From Deltaproteobacteria bacterium (GTDB taxonomy: Bacteria; JAGRBM01; JAHCIT01), in the NCBI GenBank assembly GCA_026129095.1, contig JAHCIT010000008.1, forward strand, positions 7,021 through 71,020: a stretch of 64,000 bases of DNA. The letters run 5' to 3'. Under the pieces are notes generated by a model, which was not told the DNA's origin, searched no databases, and worked only from the letters and a program-made list of their open reading frames with translations. Both the position numbers and the translations under genes were made by a program. Each line of letters begins with the position of its first letter. Positions within the stretch are counted from its first letter, which is position 1. Of this stretch, positions 1 through 9,698 are shown piece by piece.

Positions 1-1107
1 GTGGTGGGGTTTGGCGCTGGCGAGCCCGATTTCGACACGCCCGACCACATCAAGCAGGCAGCCAAGACCGCGCTCGACAAGGGGCAGACCAAATACACCC
101 CGGTCGGCGGCACGAAGGAACTGAAGGAAACCGTCTGCGCCAAGTTCAGGCGGGACTACGGCCTCGACTACACGCCGGCCGAAATCCTGATCTCGGTGGG
201 CGGCAAGCACTCGCTGTTCAACATCTTCATGGCACTGGTGGAGGAAGGCGACGAGGTCATCATCCCCGCCCCGTACTGGGTGAGTTACCCGGAGATGGTC
301 GCCTTCTGCGGCGGAACGCCGGTCTGCGTGCCCACGAAGGAGTCGAACGGCTTCTGCATGACCCCGGCGGAACTGGAAGCGGCCATCACGCCAAGGACGA
401 AGATCTTCATCCTCAACTCGCCATCGAACCCGACTGGCGGCATGTACAGCGAGGAGCATATCCGCGCCCTGGCAGCGGTGCTCGAAAAGCACCCGGACAT
501 CTGGATCGTGTCGGACGACATCTACGAGAAGCTCACCTATGACGGGATGAGGTTCTTTTCCATCGCGACGATCTCGCCCGCATGGAAGGCCCGCACCATC
601 GTCTGCAACGGCATGAGCAAGGCCTATTCCATGACCGGGTGGCGGATCGGCTTCACCGCCGCGCCAAAAGACCTGACCTCCGCCATGGACACGATCCAGG
701 GTCAGTCCACCTCGAACCCCACGTCGATCGCACAGGCGGCCTCGGTCGCCGGCCTCAGCGGCGACCATTCGTTCCTCACCGCCTGGGTGGCGGAGTTCGA
801 CAGGCGCCGCCGCTATATCGTCGAGCGGCTGAACCGGATTCCCGGCATCTCGTGCTTCACGCCGAAGGGGGCCTTCTACGCCTTCCCGAACATCTCCGGG
901 CTGCTTGGCAAGAAGACCCCGTCGGGCAAGACGCTCACCGATTCGATGGGCGTGGCCGCCTGGCTGATCGAGGAGCACAACGTCGCCGTCGTGCCCGGCG
1001 CGCCATTCGGCGCCGAGGGGTTCATGCGGCTTTCCTACGCCACGTCAATGGAGCAGATCACCAAGGGGCTCGACCGGATCGAGACGGCCGCCAAATCCCT
1101 GAAGTAG
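1..1107 (+). CDS. class I PLP-dependent aminotransferase (aspartate/aromatic aminotransferase-like), 5' end outside window
   Basis: ORF track 1..1107; motifs NSPSNPTG and SKAYSMTGWRIGF typical of fold-type I aminotransferases; frame open to base 1; TAG stop at 1105-1107. Confidence 0.85.
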   Translation: MVGFGAGEPDFDTPDHIKQAAKTALDKGQTKYTPVGGTKELKETVCAKFRRDYGLDYTPAEILISVGGKHSLFNIFMALVEEGDEVIIPAPYWVSYPEMVAFCGGTPVCVPTKESNGFCMTPAELEAAITPRTKIFILNSPSNPTGGMYSEEHIRALAAVLEKHPDIWIVSDDIYEKLTYDGMRFFSIATISPAWKARTIVCNGMSKAYSMTGWRIGFTAAPKDLTSAMDTIQGQSTSNPTSIAQAASVAGLSGDHSFLTAWVAEFDRRRRYIVERLNRIPGISCFTPKGAFYAFPNISGLLGKKTPSGKTLTDSMGVAAWLIEEHNVAVVPGAPFGAEGFMRLSYATSMEQITKGLDRIETAAKSLK

Positions 1108-1145
1108 GCCGGAAGCCCGGCCTGCCCCGGCGGCCTCTCCTTTTC
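1107..1145. terminator. candidate bidirectional terminator between convergent aminotransferase and ftsZ
   Basis: GGCCGG-AAGC-CCGGCC dyad at 1107-1122 and further GC-rich dyads followed by TCTCCTTTTC (1136-1145); hairpin/T-tract geometry not ideal. Confidence 0.3.
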
Positions 1146-1177
1146 AGGAGTCTGCCGCCAGGGCTCCAGGATCTTTT

Positions 1178-2755
1178 CTAGTCCCTCAGGTTCCCGTTCT
1201 TCCGGAGGAAGGCGGGAACGTCGAGGTTCGCCATGTCGATCGACGGTCCCGTGAACCGCCGCCGGGCGGGCGGAGGCTGGGACGTGCCGGCGGCCGGAGC
1301 CACCCGCGTCTGGGTCGAATCGAGATCGCGGGCCGTATCGTCCTGCGCGGCCAGCGACTCCCTCGGGTTCGGCGTCACCCGGGTCATCTCGCCGTTGGGC
1401 ATGGTGAGCCGGATCGAGGGTGGCGGGGGCGGCGTGGTCATCACCGTCGCGCCGGGATTTACGCCGTTCCAGCTCTGCGAGGCGGCATAGACACGCTGGC
1501 TGCGGTCCACGGCCGGTATGGGCGCCGTGATGGCCTGCCGGCCGGTCACTTCCGGCTGCGGCTGCGCTGCCGTCACGAAACCCGTCGCCACCACCGTCAC
1601 GCGCACCCATTCGCCCATCGAGTCGTCGATCACCGTGCCAACGATGATGTTCGCCTCGTCGTGGGCGGCCTTCTGGATGAGCGAGGTCACTTCGTCCAGC
1701 TCCGACAGCGCGAAGTCGGACGAGCCGGTGACGTTGATCAGGACTCCCGTCGCGCCGTGGATCGAAACCTCGTCCAGCAGCGGCGAATTGACGGCCATGC
1801 GCGCCGCCTCAACCGCCCGGTCCTCGCCCTTGGCCATTCCGGTTCCCATGAGCGCCAGGCCCGCGCCCTGCATGATCGTCCGGACGTCGGCGAAGTCTAC
1901 GTTCACCAGACCGCTCTCGGTCACGATGTCCGCGATTCCCTTGACCGCCTGGCCGAGCACCTCGTCGGCCTTCTGGAAGGCGCTCTTCATGGTCATCTTC
2001 ATTCCGGCCAGCGCCAGGAGGCGCGAGTTCGGAATTGTGACGAGTGCGTCCACCGACTGTCTCAGTTCGGCGATGCCCGCCTCGGCGTGCCGCGCACGGG
2101 GCTTGCCCTCGAACGGGAACGGCCGGGTGACCACGCCCACGGTGAGCGCGCCGCACTCGCGGGCAATCTGGGCGATCACCGGCGCCGCGCCGGTGCCGGT
2201 CCCGCCCCCCATGCCGGCGGTGACGAACACCATGTCGGCGCCTTCGATGGAGGCCCGGAGCCGCTCGCGGTCCTCAAGGGCCGCCTGGCGTCCCACGTCC
2301 GGGCGCGCACCGGCCCCGAGGCCCCGCGTGCAGTCACGCCCGATCTGGACCCGCACCTTGGCCAGCGAGCGTTCGAGCGCCTGGAGGTCGGTATTGGCAG
2401 AAATGAAATCAACACAGTGGATGTTGCCGCCCGCCACCATCGAGTTGAGGGCGTTGCAGCCTGCGCCGCCCACGCCGATCACCTTGATCTTCACCATGTG
2501 TCCGGCCTGCGGCTCGGTGTCCTCGAACTGGAATGACCGTGCCGGAGCGGGCGGAGATTTCGGCTCCACTGGCGCCGCCCCAGATGCCGGGGAAGCGGCC
2601 ACCGCCATCGGTCCCGTGACATCCTCGATCACCTCGACCTCCTCGAACTCGTCCCCGGAATCCTCCAGGGTGCCGGCCTCCTCGGCCGGATGCGGGAAAT
2701 CGAGACTCAGGTTGCCCGCCGTCTCTTCGTCCTCGAAATTGAACTTTTCCTTCAT
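1178..2755 (-). CDS. ftsZ: cell division GTPase FtsZ with acidic N-terminal extension
   Basis: 525 aa; tubulin-like motifs VIGVGGAGCNA and GMGGGTGTGAAPV; C-terminal peptide DVPAFLRKN; ATG at 2753-2755 with GGAG 9 nt upstream; canonical N-terminal FQFED only at residues 75-79. Confidence 0.93.
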   Translation of the reverse strand: MKEKFNFEDEETAGNLSLDFPHPAEEAGTLEDSGDEFEEVEVIEDVTGPMAVAASPASGAAPVEPKSPPAPARSFQFEDTEPQAGHMVKIKVIGVGGAGCNALNSMVAGGNIHCVDFISANTDLQALERSLAKVRVQIGRDCTRGLGAGARPDVGRQAALEDRERLRASIEGADMVFVTAGMGGGTGTGAAPVIAQIARECGALTVGVVTRPFPFEGKPRARHAEAGIAELRQSVDALVTIPNSRLLALAGMKMTMKSAFQKADEVLGQAVKGIADIVTESGLVNVDFADVRTIMQGAGLALMGTGMAKGEDRAVEAARMAVNSPLLDEVSIHGATGVLINVTGSSDFALSELDEVTSLIQKAAHDEANIIVGTVIDDSMGEWVRVTVVATGFVTAAQPQPEVTGRQAITAPIPAVDRSQRVYAASQSWNGVNPGATVMTTPPPPPSIRLTMPNGEMTRVTPNPRESLAAQDDTARDLDSTQTRVAPAAGTSQPPPARRRFTGPSIDMANLDVPAFLRKNGNLRD

Positions 2756-2866
2756 CGCACTTTACTCCACGGTCCGGCTTGGTCTGCTGGGCGCCGTCCC
2801 CTGCCCGCCCTCGGTAATACCCGCCATCCGCGCCGGAACTCCCCAGCCCCGCACGGACAAATGAGA

Positions 2867-4096
2867 TCAGAAGAACTCGGCAAACGTCTCCTTCATTCCC
2901 CGCGAGATCCGCGAGAAGAATCCGTCGCCACTGGCACGGTTGCGCGCCCCGAAATTGCGGTACTTGCTGCCATAGAGCACAAGCCCGATCGGCGTGGCGA
3001 ACCGGGGATCGTGGACCATGTCCACCAGCCCCCCGACGCCCGCCGGCTCGCCCACCCGCGCCGGCAGGTCGAGTATCTGCTCGGCAAGATCGGCGATGCC
3101 GGGCAGCGAGGCCGTGCCCCCCGTGATGACGACACCCGCCGCCAGCAGGTTCTTGAAGCCCGAGCGGATCAGCTCGCTGTCGATCAGGGTGAAGAGCTCG
3201 TCCACACGCGGCTCGATGATCTGCGCCAGTGTGCGGCGTTCCACCCGCCGGGGCGGACGGCCGCCGACGCCCGACACCTCGATCATCTCGTCGTCCCCAA
3301 CCATGAGGGCGCGCGCGCAGCCGTGCTGGAGCTTCACCTTCTCGGCCTCCTGGAGCGGCGTCCGCATGCCCTGGGCGACGTCCTTGGTGATGTGCGTGCC
3401 GGCGATCGGCACCACCGCCGTGTGGCGGATCGCGCCGTTCACGTAGATGGCGATGTCGCAGGTGCCGCCGCCAATGTCGAACAGGGCCACGCCCAGTTCC
3501 TTTTCGTCCGGCGTCAGGACCGATTCGGCAGAGGCGATCTGCGTCAGCACGATGTCGGAGACATGGAGCCCGGACCGGTGGCAGCTTTTCATGATGTTCT
3601 GCACACTGGAGGCCAGCCCCGTGACCATGTGGACCTTCGCCTCCAGCCGCACGGCGCTCATCCCCAGCGGGTCGCGCACGTTGTCCTGGTCGTCCACGAT
3701 GAAGTCCTGCGGGAGAATGTGGACGATCTCCCGGTCCGCCGGGAGCGGCACGGCGCGGGCCGCTTCGACGACACGCTGGATGTCCACGTCCCGGACCTCG
3801 CCGTTCTTGACGGCAATGAGGCCCGTCGAATTGAACCCCTTGATGTGGGAGCCGGCGATGCCGGCGTAGACCGACTCCACCTTCACTCCCGACATGGTTT
3901 CCACCTCGTAGAGGGCGTGTTTGATCGCCTCGACGGTGTTCTCGATGTTGACGACCACGCCCCGCGAGAGGCCCCGCGAGGGCGCACTCCCGACGCCGAT
4001 CACTTCCAGCTCGTTGTCCCGGACCTCGGCCACCACGCAGCACACCTTCGTGGTGCCGATGTCGAGTCCCGCCAGGATCTCATCCCTTCTTGCCAT
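2867..4096 (-). CDS. ftsA: cell division protein FtsA (actin-like ATPase)
   Basis: 409 aa; N-terminal GLDIGTTKV and DIGGGTCDIAIY motifs; sits between ftsQ and ftsZ. Confidence 0.93.
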   Translation of the reverse strand: MARRDEILAGLDIGTTKVCCVVAEVRDNELEVIGVGSAPSRGLSRGVVVNIENTVEAIKHALYEVETMSGVKVESVYAGIAGSHIKGFNSTGLIAVKNGEVRDVDIQRVVEAARAVPLPADREIVHILPQDFIVDDQDNVRDPLGMSAVRLEAKVHMVTGLASSVQNIMKSCHRSGLHVSDIVLTQIASAESVLTPDEKELGVALFDIGGGTCDIAIYVNGAIRHTAVVPIAGTHITKDVAQGMRTPLQEAEKVKLQHGCARALMVGDDEMIEVSGVGGRPPRRVERRTLAQIIEPRVDELFTLIDSELIRSGFKNLLAAGVVITGGTASLPGIADLAEQILDLPARVGEPAGVGGLVDMVHDPRFATPIGLVLYGSKYRNFGARNRASGDGFFSRISRGMKETFAEFF

Positions 4097-4163
4097 GACT
4101 GTCTCCTCTGTTGCCCTGCTGTAGTTCCAGCGTCTCCGTGTCGCCCTTCACTTCGTTGTCTTT

Positions 4164-5111
4164 TCAGATTTCCAGACTCTTGCCTGCTCCGCCGCCATCG
4201 GGTGACGGGGCCGTGCCCGGCGTTACTCCCGGCGCCGCTCCCGGCCGCCCCGCACCAGCGTCCGGCTGCGCTCCGCGCCGCTGGGCGGATTTCGGCGGAT
4301 GGGGAACCGGCTGCATCCTCAGGACGGCCATCCGCTGCGAGCGGAAATCAACGGTCGATACGTCGAGCTGCCGTTCCTCGATGTCGAGGAGGATCGCCTG
4401 GAGCTGCTTCCAGCGGATGTCCCATCCGGCCGTTCCGAGCTGGACCACCGGTATCCGGGCGGCCGAATACACCGTGAGGCCTTTTTCGGCGTCCCAGTTC
4501 AGTTCGTCGAGATCGTCAACGGACGGCATGCCGCCGTGCGCGACCATCTGGAGGAACGCGACGAGATCGCGGAGCGCGCCCAGCGAGCGTCTGTCGCCGG
4601 CGCGGACGGCCGTGATGTCGATGCCGGTAATCACCGGATAGTCCACGCTTTCCTCTGGCCGGATCGCCTTGAACACGACGCCGTCGTCCGAGACGTAATA
4701 AAGCCCGCCGCTCTGGAGCACGGCGGCAGGCACGTGCTCCACCACGTCGGCGACCAGCGTGGACGGAAGGCGCCGGTAGACCCGGGCGCTCGCCACCCAG
4801 GGATGCAGTTCCACGTCACTCTTCAGGGATTCCAGGTCGAGCTTGAACAGGTTCTGTCCGGGCTCGATGCCAAGCAGCGCCGTCACCTCGTCGGCCGATG
4901 CCCGCCGGTTGTGGAGTACGATCACCTGCTGGACGTTGAAGTGGGGGCTTTCGCTGACACCGCGCCAGATCGCATAGCCGCCCGCAACAAACGCACCGGC
5001 GGCAAGCACGACCACGGCAAGTCCCACCCCTGCCCGGAGCAGGGGGGAGTGGCCGTCGGCGGCCGTTTTCCGGCGGTTCGCCGGGCGGCGGAGTATCATC
5101 GTCCGGCCCAT
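4164..5111 (-). CDS. ftsQ: cell division protein FtsQ/DivIB
   Basis: 315 aa; single N-terminal TM helix then POTRA-like region; position between ddl and ftsA; start overlaps ddl stop; Pro/Gly-rich C-terminal tail. Confidence 0.85.
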   Translation of the reverse strand: MGRTMILRRPANRRKTAADGHSPLLRAGVGLAVVVLAAGAFVAGGYAIWRGVSESPHFNVQQVIVLHNRRASADEVTALLGIEPGQNLFKLDLESLKSDVELHPWVASARVYRRLPSTLVADVVEHVPAAVLQSGGLYYVSDDGVVFKAIRPEESVDYPVITGIDITAVRAGDRRSLGALRDLVAFLQMVAHGGMPSVDDLDELNWDAEKGLTVYSAARIPVVQLGTAGWDIRWKQLQAILLDIEERQLDVSTVDFRSQRMAVLRMQPVPHPPKSAQRRGAQPDAGAGRPGAAPGVTPGTAPSPDGGGAGKSLEI

Positions 5112-6091
5112 CAGCGGCGTGTTCCTTCCTGCCCGGAATCGAGCTTGAGCGAGGCGAGGTCCAGTATCTGCTCGCAGAGAACAGGGAACGGAATACCCGC
5201 CTGCGCGGCGATCTTCGGCACCAGCGACAGCTCCGTGAGGCCCGGCAGCGTGTTCACTTCCAGCACGTAGTTCTCGAACGTGTCGGTGACGATGAAATCA
5301 ACCCGGGAAACCCCCTCGCAGGCGATCACCTTGCTGGCCACGATGGCGTCAGCCGACAGGCGGTGCTCCACGACCGGGTCCAGCGGTGCCGGGACAAGGT
5401 ATTTCGTCTCGCCCCTGGTGTACTTGGCCTTGTAGTCGTAGAACTCGCGGCGGGTGCGGATCTCGACAGTCCCGAGCGCCCGCTCGCCCAGCACGGCGAC
5501 GGCGATCTCGCGGCCTTTCACGTACTGCTCGACCAGCACCTTGCTGCTGTACCTGAACGCCGCGGCCAGTGCCGGGGCGAGTTTCGCCCGCGTCTTCACG
5601 ACCGAGACGCCCACCGACGAGCCCTCGTCATTGGGCTTGACGACCACGGGAAGCCCGAACGGGCTCTCAAAGCTCCTGAACGCCGCCGGCGCGGGGAACT
5701 GGCGGCGCTCCAGCTCGACGAACGGCGCCTCGGTGAGCCCCGCCGCCCGGAAGATCTTCTTGGCGGCCGACTTGTCCATGCTCATCGCCGAAGCCGCCAC
5801 ACCGGGGCCGGTATAGGGGACGCCGACGATCTCCAGAAGCCCCTGGACGCAGCCGTCCTCGCCGTATTTGCCGTGGAGGGCGTTGAACACCACATCAATC
5901 CGGTTCCTCACCAGCACCTGCGCGAGATCGCGCCCGGCATCGATCTCCGTCACCTGGTAGCCAAGCCCTTTCAGAGCCTTCGCCACGGCCTTCCCCGACC
6001 GGAAGGAAACGTCGCGTTCGCTGGACAGGCCGCCCATCAGTACGCCAACCCGCCTTTTCCGCCAGGGATGTTCCATTTTCTGTGCAGCCAT
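5111..6091 (-). CDS. ddl: D-alanine--D-alanine ligase
   Basis: 326 aa; ATP-grasp Ddl blocks (HGKYGEDG, LEVNTLPG); dcw position. Confidence 0.93.
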   Translation of the reverse strand: MAAQKMEHPWRKRRVGVLMGGLSSERDVSFRSGKAVAKALKGLGYQVTEIDAGRDLAQVLVRNRIDVVFNALHGKYGEDGCVQGLLEIVGVPYTGPGVAASAMSMDKSAAKKIFRAAGLTEAPFVELERRQFPAPAAFRSFESPFGLPVVVKPNDEGSSVGVSVVKTRAKLAPALAAAFRYSSKVLVEQYVKGREIAVAVLGERALGTVEIRTRREFYDYKAKYTRGETKYLVPAPLDPVVEHRLSADAIVASKVIACEGVSRVDFIVTDTFENYVLEVNTLPGLTELSLVPKIAAQAGIPFPVLCEQILDLASLKLDSGQEGTRR

Positions 6092-6102
6092 GATCTCTGC
6101 CC

Positions 6103-7068
6103 TTACCTTTCCGAGCCTTCCGCGGGCTCGCCGATAATCCTGATTTCCAGTTCCAGCCGGATGCCGGTCCGTTCAAACACCTTGTTGCGGACGTGCCGGA
6201 TGACCGCCTCCACGTCCGCCGCCGTCGCCTCGGTGGAACCGACGATGAAATTGGCATGCAGCTCGCTCACTCGGGCGCCGCCCACGCGATAGCCCTTCAG
6301 TCCGGCCTCCTCGATCAGCCGGCCCGCGAACTCCTTTTCCGGGTTCTTGAACACCGATCCGGCATTGGGCTCGCCGAGCGGCTGGGTCGCCGTCCGGTGC
6401 CGGGAAAACTCGCGCATCCGTTCGCGGGCGGCCCCCACATCCCCCGGCGGGACCAGCAGGTCCACCGATGCCACGGCGTCGCCCGGAGCAAGCGCGCTCC
6501 GCCGGTACGAAAGTCCCAGTTCATCGAGGCTGCGGGTTTCGATCCGGCCGTCCGCGGCCACGATGTCGGCGCTGTCCACAAACTCGCGGATCTCGCTCCC
6601 GTGCGCGCCGGCATTCATCCGGATCGCGCCGCCAACCGTCCCCGGAATGAGGGCCAGGAACTCCAGCCCCACCAGGCCGTTGTGGTGGCAGTATTTGACG
6701 AGCTGCGCGTTCAGCACGCCGCCGCCCGCCCGGAGGAGCATTTTTCCGCCCTGTTCGCCGATCCGGGCGATCTGCTCGAAATCACCGCCGAGCACGGCCA
6801 CCGCGCCCCGGAAGCCGCCGTCGCGGACGAGCAGGTTCGTTCCGCGGCCGAGCAGGAAGACCGGAAGACCCTCAGCGGCGCACAGCCGGTACAGCTCCGC
6901 CAGTTCGGCCGCCGTCCAGACCTCGGCGAAAAGGTCCGCCGGCCCGCCGAGGCGGAAGGCCGTATGCCGGACGAGGGGCTCCTGCAGCCGCAACCGCTTG
7001 CCCATCCGGCCTTCGAGCCCGGCGGCGACGCGCCCTGCGGCGCCGGCATCCAGTCTGGCGGCAGCCAT
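6103..7068 (-). CDS. murB: UDP-N-acetylenolpyruvoylglucosamine reductase
   Basis: Track ORF 6103..7434 trimmed to ATG at 7066-7068 (MAAARLDAGAAGRV...), 2 nt after the murC stop; FAD-binding domain blocks LGRGTNLL and LIPGTVGGAIRMNAGAHG. Confidence 0.88.
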   Translation of the reverse strand: MAAARLDAGAAGRVAAGLEGRMGKRLRLQEPLVRHTAFRLGGPADLFAEVWTAAELAELYRLCAAEGLPVFLLGRGTNLLVRDGGFRGAVAVLGGDFEQIARIGEQGGKMLLRAGGGVLNAQLVKYCHHNGLVGLEFLALIPGTVGGAIRMNAGAHGSEIREFVDSADIVAADGRIETRSLDELGLSYRRSALAPGDAVASVDLLVPPGDVGAARERMREFSRHRTATQPLGEPNAGSVFKNPEKEFAGRLIEEAGLKGYRVGGARVSELHANFIVGSTEATAADVEAVIRHVRNKVFERTGIRLELEIRIIGEPAEGSER

Positions 7069-7070
7069 GA

Positions 7071-8468
7071 TCACCCTGCGGTTCCTCCGGTCGCCTGAGC
7101 GCCCAGCGCGGCCAGCACCTCGTCGCCCACCTGATGCACGTTCCCCGCCCCCAGCGTCAGGAACAGGTCGCCTTCCAGCAGTTCCGAGGGAAGCGCCGCG
7201 GAGGCCTCCTTCACCGTGCCGCCCAGCTGCACGCGCTTGACGCCCCGGGCCTGGAGCCCCTTCACCAGCCATTCGGCATTGACGCCCGGCGTGGCCGTCT
7301 CGCCCGCCGGATAGATGTCCAGCACCCAAACGACGTCGGCGTCGTTGAACGCGTTCATGAACTGGTCGTAGAGCGCTTTGGTCCGGCTGTAGCGGTGCGG
7401 CTGGAAGCAGACCACGAGCCGCCGGTCCGGGCACAGGCGGCGGGCGGTTTCCAGCGTGGCCCGGATTTCCGCCGGGTGGTGGCCGTAGTCGTCCACGACC
7501 AGCACGCCGCGGGCCTCTCCCCGCACCTCGAAGCGGCGGTGGACACCGGTGAACCGCTCCAGCCCCCGGACGATCTTCGCCACCGGCACGCCCAGTTCCA
7601 GGCCCACGGCCACCGCGGCCAGCGAGTTCTGCACGTTGTGCCGGCCCGGCACCGACAGCTTCACCTCGGCCACCTCGCGGCCGTCCACGACGAGGCGGTA
7701 CCGGCTGCCGAACGCCTCGTCCCGCACATCCACGGCGCGGATGTCGGCGGGCGCCCCGAACCCGTAGGTCCGCACCCGGCGGGTCACGCGCGGCAGGATG
7801 GACTGGACCTCCGGGTGGTCAATGCAGGCGACGACAAGCCCGAAGAACGGAACCTTGTTGGCGAAGTCCACGAACGCCTCGCGGTAGCGGTCCATGTCGC
7901 CCCAGAAATCCAGATGCTCAGCGTCAATGTTCGTGATGACGCTGATGCAGCTCGTGAGCCGGAGGAACGTCCCGTCCGACTCGTCCGCCTCGGCGACGAA
8001 GAACTCCCCTGCCCCCGGACGCGCATGGGAACCGAACACCTTGAGCCGTCCACCCACGATGACCGTCGGGTCCAGCGCACCGGTCTCCAGCACCAGCCCC
8101 ACCATCGAGGTGGTCGTGGTCTTGCCGTGAGTGCCCGCGATGGAGATGCCGTATTTCATCCGCATCAGCTCGGCGAGCATCTCGGCCCTGGGGATCACAA
8201 TGAGCCCGCGCTCGCGGGCGGCCACCACTTCGGGGTTATCGGCCCGGATCGCCGTCGAGAGAACCACGATATCCGCACCCTCGACATTGGAGGCCCGGTG
8301 CCCCTCGAACACCTGCGCACCGAGCGCCTCCAGGCGGCGTGTCGTCTCGCCCGGCTTCTGGTCGGACCCGGAAACCGGGAACCCCCGGTTCAGCAGTATC
8401 TCCGCGATTCCGCTCATGCCGGAACCGCCGATTCCCACAAGGTGAATTTTTCTGACTCGTCCGTACAT
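7071..8468 (-). CDS. murC: UDP-N-acetylmuramate--L-alanine ligase
   Basis: 465 aa; N-terminal VGIGGSGMSGIAE and Mur-ligase P-loop GTHGKTTTT. Confidence 0.93.
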   Translation of the reverse strand: MYGRVRKIHLVGIGGSGMSGIAEILLNRGFPVSGSDQKPGETTRRLEALGAQVFEGHRASNVEGADIVVLSTAIRADNPEVVAARERGLIVIPRAEMLAELMRMKYGISIAGTHGKTTTTSMVGLVLETGALDPTVIVGGRLKVFGSHARPGAGEFFVAEADESDGTFLRLTSCISVITNIDAEHLDFWGDMDRYREAFVDFANKVPFFGLVVACIDHPEVQSILPRVTRRVRTYGFGAPADIRAVDVRDEAFGSRYRLVVDGREVAEVKLSVPGRHNVQNSLAAVAVGLELGVPVAKIVRGLERFTGVHRRFEVRGEARGVLVVDDYGHHPAEIRATLETARRLCPDRRLVVCFQPHRYSRTKALYDQFMNAFNDADVVWVLDIYPAGETATPGVNAEWLVKGLQARGVKRVQLGGTVKEASAALPSELLEGDLFLTLGAGNVHQVGDEVLAALGAQATGGTAG

Positions 8469-8570
8469 CGCTTCTCACTCCTCACCGGCGGTGCCGTCAG
8501 CGGCCCGCCAACCCTTGGTAAAACATCCGGAAGCTCCCGCGCCTCCGACTCCAGTCGCCCTCGCTACCCG

Positions 8571-9698
8571 TCAGGCGGCCCTGCCGCCCGCCGCCATTCC
8601 TTTCCCGCCAGCACCGGCGGACCTCCCCAGGTCCGCCAGGCAGATGTCCACGATCCGGGCGGCGGCATCCGGCTTTCCGAACGACCGCATCGCCAGGCCC
8701 ATCCTTTCCAGTTCCGTCCGGCTCCGGAGCAGCCGGTCCACCTCGGCGGCGAGCCGTTCGACGGCCGCCTCCGCCTGCGGTACCAGCACCGCCCCGCCCG
8801 CCGCCACGCAGTCGCGGGCGTTCAGCGTCTGGTGATCGTCGGTCGCCGCCGGGAACGGCACGAACAGGGCCGGACGCCCGAGCGCGGCAAGCTCGGCCAC
8901 GGTCGAGGCCCCGGCGCGCCCCACGACCAGCGTCGCGTCCTGGATCAGGGCGGCCATGTCGGAGACGAACTCCGCCACGGTGATGCCTTCTGCTCCCGTG
9001 CCGTAGGCGGCCTTCACGCCGTCCAGATTCCCGCGCCCGCACTGGTGCGTCCACTTCAGGCCCGGATGCTGCGGCGCCACCTTCTTCCAGACTTCCGGCA
9101 GGCGCTCGTTCAGGGCCCGCGCCCCCTGCGAACCGCCCAGAATCACCACATGCGGCTGTGCCGGAAGCGGCGATGGCTGCGCGGCCTTCGCCCGGATGTC
9201 CGAGCGGACGGGATTTCCCGTAACGGCCGTCTTCGCCGCCGGAAACTGGCTCCGGGCGCCCTCGAAACCGAGGAACACCCGGCGGACAAGCCGCCCCAGC
9301 ACGCGGTTGGTCAGGCCGGCCCGCGAGTTCTGTTCCTGGACCGCCGTGTAGGCGCGGGCGAGCCAAGCCCCCAGCAGCACCGGACCCGAGGCGTAGCCGC
9401 CCACACCCAGCACGATATCCGGACGGAACTCACGCACGATGCCGAGCGCCCGGAGCAGTGCCACCGGCAGCCGCATCAGGCCCCTGAGCCTTGCCCCCAG
9501 ACCGAGCCCCTTCAGCCCGGACACGTCCAGGAGCCGGTGCGGAAGCCCCCGCTCAGGAAGCACCCGCGCCTCGATTCCCTGCCGGGCGCCGACGAACAGC
9601 ACCTGGTTTTCCGGATCGCGGGCAAGGAACTCCTCCGCCACCGCAATGCCGGGGAACAGGTGTCCGCCCGTGCCGCCGCCCGCCACGATCAGTCTCAT
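8571..9698 (-). CDS. murG: UDP-GlcNAc:lipid I N-acetylglucosaminyltransferase (GT28)
   Basis: 375 aa; N-terminus MRLIVAGGGTGGHLFP; 102-nt gap to murC, 4-nt overlap with ftsW. Confidence 0.93.
   Translation of the reverse strand: MRLIVAGGGTGGHLFPGIAVAEEFLARDPENQVLFVGARQGIEARVLPERGLPHRLLDVSGLKGLGLGARLRGLMRLPVALLRALGIVREFRPDIVLGVGGYASGPVLLGAWLARAYTAVQEQNSRAGLTNRVLGRLVRRVFLGFEGARSQFPAAKTAVTGNPVRSDIRAKAAQPSPLPAQPHVVILGGSQGARALNERLPEVWKKVAPQHPGLKWTHQCGRGNLDGVKAAYGTGAEGITVAEFVSDMAALIQDATLVVGRAGASTVAELAALGRPALFVPFPAATDDHQTLNARDCVAAGGAVLVPQAEAAVERLAAEVDRLLRSRTELERMGLAMRSFGKPDAAARIVDICLADLGRSAGAGGKGMAAGGRAA

Noticed and set aside
6103-7434. 122-residue N-terminal extension of MurB in the ORF track
   Set aside because: The extension overlaps the murC coding region, is Gly/Arg-rich with no homology, and a well-placed ATG (7066-7068) sits 2 nt after the murC stop.
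8469-8570. 102-nt gap between murG and murC as a possible inserted element inside the dcw cluster
   Set aside because: The gap is short, GC-rich, without repeats or ORF; more likely an internal promoter or spacer, which is common in dcw clusters.
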